A stretch of 64,000 nt of DNA from the NCBI GenBank assembly GCA_016196625.1, contig JACPXH010000004.1, forward strand, positions 1,711 to 65,710, given 5' to 3'. The notes under the pieces are model-generated. The model had not been told where the DNA came from and searched no databases. It saw only the letters and a list, made by a program, of their open reading frames with translations. This DNA is from Candidatus Parcubacteria bacterium. GTDB lineage: Bacteria > Patescibacteriota > Minisyncoccia > JACPXH01. The position numbers and the translations under genes were made by a program. Numbering within the stretch: the first letter of the stretch is position 1; each line of letters begins with the position of its first letter. Shown one piece after another: positions 59,332 through 64,000 of this stretch.

Positions 59332-60533
59332 AGGGTCTCTTCAAATACGCGAAGTGTGGCGGCGGCCGCGCGCGGCCACGAAAACTTTTTGGCTTGCGCG
59401 AGCCCCCGGCGTCGCAGCTCTTGGGCGCGGTGGCTGTCGACAAGCACCAACTCCATGGCGCACTTAAGCTCATCTTGTCGCCAGGGATCGACCATTAATG
59501 CTCCGTCCCCAACCACTTCTGGGAGCGAGGCCACATGGGAGCAGATGGTCGGCGTGCCGCACGCCATGGCTTCCAAGGGCGGAAATCCAAAGCCCTCAAA
59601 GAAACTCGGATAGACAAATACGGTCGCGGCGCTATAGAGAGCGGCCTTGTGCTCGGGGGGCACAAAACCCAGAAATCGAATCCGGCGGCGGACCGGACTT
59701 GCCCGGGCCGCGGCAAAAATTCCGCCGGCGTACCAGCCAAGCGTACCGGCCAACACGAGTTCCAGATCGCGGAACGTCTCAGGCCCAGAGCGAACGAGTG
59801 AGTCGAAGGCCCGGATGAGTCCCGACACGTTCTTGCGGGGCTCGAGTGTCCCCAAGAATAACACGAAGGGACGGGTGAGCTCGTAGCGTTTACGCACCGA
59901 GACCACTTGCGGATCAGCCGGGTCGAGCGGACGAAAATGCGAAGCTAACCCGGAATGCACCACGGCAACCTTATCCGGCGCTACGCGATAGAGATTCACT
60001 AAATCAGCCTTGGTCGAGTGAGAGACCGCAATTAGTCGTGAAGCCGCCTGCGCTTGTTGGCGCGGCTTTTGGGACCAATGCCAGAGACGTCGGCGTCTTG
60101 GAAAAAACTCCGGGTAGCGCTCAAAAGAAAGATCATGAAAGGTGATGACGCGCCTTGCGCGCGGGGAAACGGCGGCCGCCAGAAAATGCGGGCTCCACAC
60201 AATCTCCGCTCCGCCCAACCATTGATCAAGCTGGGGACGGTTCAAAAACGTGGAGCTTATCGCAAAGAGCCGATTTGGCACCGAGCCTATCCGGAGTGAG
60301 AGCTTAGGATGTCCGGAGAGTTCCCGGGGTACCGGAGCCCGCCGCCAAGCGTTGTAGAAACCCGTGATGGCCGGACCGTCGGGCAGTGCCAAAAGTGCTT
60401 GCAATAGTTCGAGCGTATACTCTTCGACCCCGGTTAGGGTGCCTCGAACCAGCACCCGTAAATCAACCCCTAACCGCATGCTCGTGCCAAAATCGTAGGC
60501 CGACCGCAACGAGAACGCCGGCCGCAAAACCAA
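59328..60533 (-). CDS. GT4-family glycosyltransferase
   Basis: FVYPSFFEGFGFPPLEAMACGTPTICSHVASLPEVVG. Confidence 0.75.
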   Translation of the reverse strand: MVLRPAFSLRSAYDFGTSMRLGVDLRVLVRGTLTGVEEYTLELLQALLALPDGPAITGFYNAWRRAPVPRELSGHPKLSLRIGSVPNRLFAISSTFLNRPQLDQWLGGAEIVWSPHFLAAAVSPRARRVITFHDLSFERYPEFFPRRRRLWHWSQKPRQQAQAASRLIAVSHSTKADLVNLYRVAPDKVAVVHSGLASHFRPLDPADPQVVSVRKRYELTRPFVLFLGTLEPRKNVSGLIRAFDSLVRSGPETFRDLELVLAGTLGWYAGGIFAAARASPVRRRIRFLGFVPPEHKAALYSAATVFVYPSFFEGFGFPPLEAMACGTPTICSHVASLPEVVGDGALMVDPWRQDELKCAMELVLVDSHRAQELRRRGLAQAKKFSWPRAAAATLRVFEETL

Positions 60534-61032
60534 ATATTACGTTGCGCAGAATCCGACGGGGGGTAGCGGCGCTAGTAACCGGACTGGCCACGAACCGAAC
60601 AGCAGTCTCCGGACTCACGCGTTCACCGAGGACGGCGGCCGTCGCACCCGCGAGCGCGGGCCCGGCGCGAGCATCCGTGGAGAGCGCGCGCACGGCCACC
60701 CCTCCCCCAACTAGTTCAGTGCTCCAACCTGATTCGTACGCAAAGGGGCGCGGCTCGATTGGACGCACACGAGCTTGAGCGTAGATTTCGGCGACAGTTA
60801 TGGGACTACGCAGAAATTCCCTGGCGCGACGCGCCAATTCACCCGTGAGTTGCACGGCAAAATATGCCGTCTCGAGTGTGGCGGGTGCTTCGGCCGCGGG
60901 CAGCGCTATGGTAAGCGAGAACGCATGCGTATACCGAGCCGGCAAATTCATAGACACCACCCCAGCAGTCGCCGCGGCCACAAGACCGAGCGCCAACGAG
61001 AACCAAACGAGGCTCGTGAACTTATACTTCAT
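60463..61032 (-). CDS. Bitopic membrane protein (possible chain-length determinant-like)
   Basis: 189 aa with N- and C-terminal TM helices flanking a periplasmic segment. Overlaps the upstream GT4 gene by 70 nt. Confidence 0.35.
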   Translation of the reverse strand: MKYKFTSLVWFSLALGLVAAATAGVVSMNLPARYTHAFSLTIALPAAEAPATLETAYFAVQLTGELARRAREFLRSPITVAEIYAQARVRPIEPRPFAYESGWSTELVGGGVAVRALSTDARAGPALAGATAAVLGERVSPETAVRFVASPVTSAATPRRILRNVIFGFAAGVLVAVGLRFWHEHAVRG

Positions 61033-62174
61033 ACTCTAGCGAACGTGGGCCGACTGGCTATTTCAATGGGTACGCGTACCCCGCGCCACTCCTGCCAAGC
61101 TCGTTCAATGAAGCGGCGCATGCGCTCCTCGAAAACTGACTCGTCAAAGGATCTCGCATGCGCGCGGATGGCGTGGGGATCAAAGTGGCTACGCTCAAGG
61201 CGCCTGACCGCCGTGATGATCGCCGCCGCTGATTGTTCTTCAAAAAAAATGCCCGTAACCCCTTCGACCACCGTCTCAAGCGCCCCGCCTCGCCGGAAGG
61301 CAGCCACTGGCCGGCCGCAGGCCATGGCTTCCACGGGTGCCAACCCGAAATCTTCCTCGCCGGGGAATATCAACGCTACCGCATGCCGGTAGAACCAGCC
61401 GAGTCGCTCGTCAGAAACCTTACCCACAAACTCGACGTTTCGCTTGGCGAGACGCCGCAAGCGCGCCATCTCCGGGCCGTCGCCGATGATTTTAAGAGGG
61501 TAGCCAAGCTCGTTGAATGCTTCAATGGCGACGTCAAAACGCTTGTAGGGCAACATGCGGCCGACCATGAGGTAAAAATTTTTAGGCGTCCCTCCCAGAC
61601 CAAACCTTTCGGTCGCCACCGGCGGGTAAATAACTGCGGCGGAACGGTTATAGAATTTTCCGATCCTCTCGGCCACGCACCTGGAATTCGCAATGAAGTA
61701 GTCCACGCGCGCCGACGCCTCCCGATCCCACAGGCGCAAGTAGTTGAGTGCAAGCGGCATGAGGCGACGCGCCAAGCGCGGCGCCGGAAATTCGGCGACG
61801 TGCTTATGAGTATCGAGCCACAGGTAGCGCGTGGGCGTGTGACAGTAGTTCAAATGCAGGGTGGTGGGTTTCGTGATGATGCCCTTGGCGAAACTGGCCG
61901 AATCGGAGATCACGAGATCATATTCGGCAAAGCTGAACGTTTCGATGGCCATCGGCATCGCGAGTAAAAACAGCCGGTGGTGCCGGCGGGCAAACGGCCA
62001 ACGCTGCAGGAAGCTGGTCCGGATGGTGCGCCCCCGGAAAGCTCGACCGGTGAGCTCGTCGTCGTAGACGAGCGTATAGATGGGGGCGGCCGGGAACATG
62101 CGGGCGAGCACGCCGAGCACGCGTTCAGCGCCGGCGAACTGATTCAAGTAGTCGTGGACGAGAGCAACGCGCAT
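61029..62174 (-). CDS. GT4-family glycosyltransferase
   Basis: GEEDFGLAPVEAMACGRPVAAFRRGGALETVVEGVTG. Confidence 0.75.
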   Translation of the reverse strand: MRVALVHDYLNQFAGAERVLGVLARMFPAAPIYTLVYDDELTGRAFRGRTIRTSFLQRWPFARRHHRLFLLAMPMAIETFSFAEYDLVISDSASFAKGIITKPTTLHLNYCHTPTRYLWLDTHKHVAEFPAPRLARRLMPLALNYLRLWDREASARVDYFIANSRCVAERIGKFYNRSAAVIYPPVATERFGLGGTPKNFYLMVGRMLPYKRFDVAIEAFNELGYPLKIIGDGPEMARLRRLAKRNVEFVGKVSDERLGWFYRHAVALIFPGEEDFGLAPVEAMACGRPVAAFRRGGALETVVEGVTGIFFEEQSAAAIITAVRRLERSHFDPHAIRAHARSFDESVFEERMRRFIERAWQEWRGVRVPIEIASRPTFARV

Positions 62175-62188
62175 ACCAAAATAAAATA

Positions 62189-63757
62189 TTAGTTCCTGTG
62201 TCTCCTAAAAAATATCACAAACGGCGTCTTGAATAGAATCGCAAAGTCGAGTTTCAAGGACCAATGTTCCATATAATAGATATCGAGTTTCACCTCATCT
62301 TCAAAATCGAGATCAGACCGACCGGAAATCTGGGCGAGCCCCGTCAGGCCGGGCTTCACAAAAAACACGAGCCGGTGGTGCGTGCCGTAGCGCTCCACTT
62401 CACGGGGCATGTGGGGACGCGGCCCCACGAGCGCCATGTGCCCCCGGAGCACGTTCACAAACTGCGGGAGCTCATCCAGGCTGGTGCGCTCGAGGAACCG
62501 GCCGACCGGGGTGCGCCGGGGATCGTCCATAACCTTAAAGACCGGCCCCCGGCGCTGGCTGCGTTCGGCTACGAGCTTCGCCTCGAACTCACGGGCCCAG
62601 CGCCACTGGGGGTAACGCTCGTCCGTGCAGTATTCCAGCTTCATGGTGCGAAATTTGAGCGTCTCAAAGGCGCCCCGCGGCCCCACTCGGCGGTTACGAT
62701 AGATGACCGGCCCGCCCGAATCAAGCTTGATGGCCAAAGCGATAGCCGCCATCACCGGAGCGAACAAGACAAGCCCAAAGGCCGCGCCCACAATGTCAAT
62801 GAGGCGCTTGGCAATTCTCCCCCAGCCTTCGAGGCGCGAGCGCTTTAGCTCCACCACCGGCACGCCCGCCACCGTCTCAACCGCAGCGTTCGTCGTAAGG
62901 GTCTGGAACAGGTTTGGCACGAATTTAAATGCAAGCCGCCGCTCAACAGCAAAATCAATAAGCTCAAGCACCCGCTCGCGCGGCCAGTCAGGATCGGTGA
63001 GTATGAGCTCGTCAACCCCCGGGTTGCCGATCGCCCGGTCAATCGCGACCAGATCCGGCTCGGCCAAGTGGGCGGCAATGTGGTAGCCACAGGCTGGGTC
63101 CTCGCTAATGGCCTCCACCACGCCGCGCGAGACCTCATCGCGGCCAATCACGAGAATTTTGTGCACGCCCATGTGGTAACGCACCACCAGAAATCGCCAC
63201 AGAACCCGCATGAGAAACCGCCCCAGCGTAACTGTTACCACCCCCAGCGCCCACCCGGCCAGAATGAGAAAGCGCGAATCGAAAAGCTGGCTGCTGAAAA
63301 AAATATAAAAAATTACGGCCATGATGCCGGCGGTCGAAGCAATGACAACTTTGGAAAACTCCTCGATCGGCCGTCTGGTTACTTCCGGCCGATACAGTCC
63401 CACCAGGGCAAAGGCGATGAGCCAGATGACAGCGACGCCGAGTACCAACGCGAAGAACTTCTCAAGGGGCAGTCGCGGCCCGAACAGCACCGGACCAACC
63501 ATCGCCCGACCGAACTCACTTGTCCGCAGCAGGTACACCACCACGCCGGCTGCCACCAACATAAGATAGTCAACCGGCACGAGGAGCGCGTGGAAAAGAA
63601 GTTCAGAGCGCTTCATTGCCCGCATTCTAGGCAGATTGCCGGCGAAAAAGCAATGATAAAGCCAAACCAAAAACCCGCTACAGGAGCGGGTGTTTGGCGC
63701 CAAGTGGGTCTGTAAGCCGAATTCTGTAAGGCGTGCGGCCCTTCCTCCCCGCCTCAA
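62189..63757 (-). CDS. Polyprenyl-phosphate sugar phosphotransferase (WbaP/WcaJ-like), second copy
   Basis: N-terminal TM bundle, central NAD/CoA-binding-like domain, C-terminal DELPQFVNVLRGHMALVGPRPHMPREVE..KPGLTGLAQISGR. True start probably MKRSELLF near 63617. Confidence 0.8.
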   Translation of the reverse strand: MRRGGRAARLTEFGLQTHLAPNTRSCSGFLVWLYHCFFAGNLPRMRAMKRSELLFHALLVPVDYLMLVAAGVVVYLLRTSEFGRAMVGPVLFGPRLPLEKFFALVLGVAVIWLIAFALVGLYRPEVTRRPIEEFSKVVIASTAGIMAVIFYIFFSSQLFDSRFLILAGWALGVVTVTLGRFLMRVLWRFLVVRYHMGVHKILVIGRDEVSRGVVEAISEDPACGYHIAAHLAEPDLVAIDRAIGNPGVDELILTDPDWPRERVLELIDFAVERRLAFKFVPNLFQTLTTNAAVETVAGVPVVELKRSRLEGWGRIAKRLIDIVGAAFGLVLFAPVMAAIALAIKLDSGGPVIYRNRRVGPRGAFETLKFRTMKLEYCTDERYPQWRWAREFEAKLVAERSQRRGPVFKVMDDPRRTPVGRFLERTSLDELPQFVNVLRGHMALVGPRPHMPREVERYGTHHRLVFFVKPGLTGLAQISGRSDLDFEDEVKLDIYYMEHWSLKLDFAILFKTPFVIFFRRHRN

Positions 63758-63775
63758 TGTGCTTGCGCCTATTGA

Positions 63776-64000
63776 GGGGGTTTACAGGCCGCATGCCCCG
63801 ATAGCCATTTATCTGGGATCGCAATTGCTCGCGACCTCTAGCGGCCTAACTTTTCGAATCCGCCAGCTGGCGGAAACGCTGGCCTTGCACCAGGCAGGGT
63901 TTTCCTCTTCTGGCGGTCACCCACCAGAACTGTGGGCTTTTACTTTACCCGCCGAAGCTCTGCTCTCGCAGAACTTTGGGCAGGCTATCCCGCGCGAAGG
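63776..64000 (+). ncRNA. Possible 5' portion of tmRNA (ssrA), truncated by the window end; low confidence
   Basis: Begins GGGGG. Mini-ORF gat cgc aat tgc tcg cga cct cta gcg gcc taa ends in the tmRNA-tag hallmark PLAA-stop. It is immediately followed by the hairpin tccgccagctggcgga. However the conserved 5' GGNUUCGAC element is not evident. Confidence 0.2.

Noticed and set aside
1-64000. CRISPR array
   Set aside because: No regularly spaced direct repeats with unique spacers were seen. The repeated elements found are MITE-like palindromes with variable spacing.
63900-64000. RNase P RNA
   Set aside because: Only a weak resemblance (CAGAACTGTGGGC) to the conserved ACAGAACCCGGCUUA box. No GGAAAGUCCGGGCUCC or GGUGAAA elements in the available sequence.

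Overview
High-GC (about 60-62%) bacterial chromosomal segment, gene-dense and mostly minus-strand. Gene content is Gram-positive-like or CPR-like: a sortase with an LPxTG substrate, an S-layer-like giant protein, a short Obg, and tRNAs with encoded CCA. Most of the window is core housekeeping (clpB, htrA, dinB, nth, pyrF-pyrE, obg, ftsEX, prfB, lepA, murJ, three tRNAs) plus two cell-envelope glycan clusters (rmlA/rmlB/GT2, and DUF4012 with three GT4 enzymes and two polyprenyl-phosphate sugar transferases). The most unusual locus is at 15.8-17.8 kb. It is a stand-alone retron-type reverse transcriptase (strongly Ec86-like in motifs 4-5 but reading YADA instead of YADD) sitting behind a roughly 930-bp ORF-free, hairpin-dense non-coding region. 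That region holds two copies of a paired-hairpin module and an inserted MITE-like element. No effector gene is adjacent. Other notable items: a MITE-like palindromic family in four copies; a 16-bp perfect palindrome in three copies; a 3.4-kb low-GC island of thiol-disulfide oxidoreductase genes ending at tRNA-Gly; an exonuclease-WYL fusion; an orphan ParB-like protein next to a DUF4258 toxin-like gene; a RelE/AbrB-type toxin-antitoxin pair; an in-frame palindromic insertion inside lepA; a CIRCE-like operator with flanking AGCT-heptad repeats between clpB and htrA; and two candidate structured RNAs (a prfB leader or SRP-like element, and a possible partial tmRNA at the window end). All calls are made by eye from the sequence and the ORF track; no searches were run.
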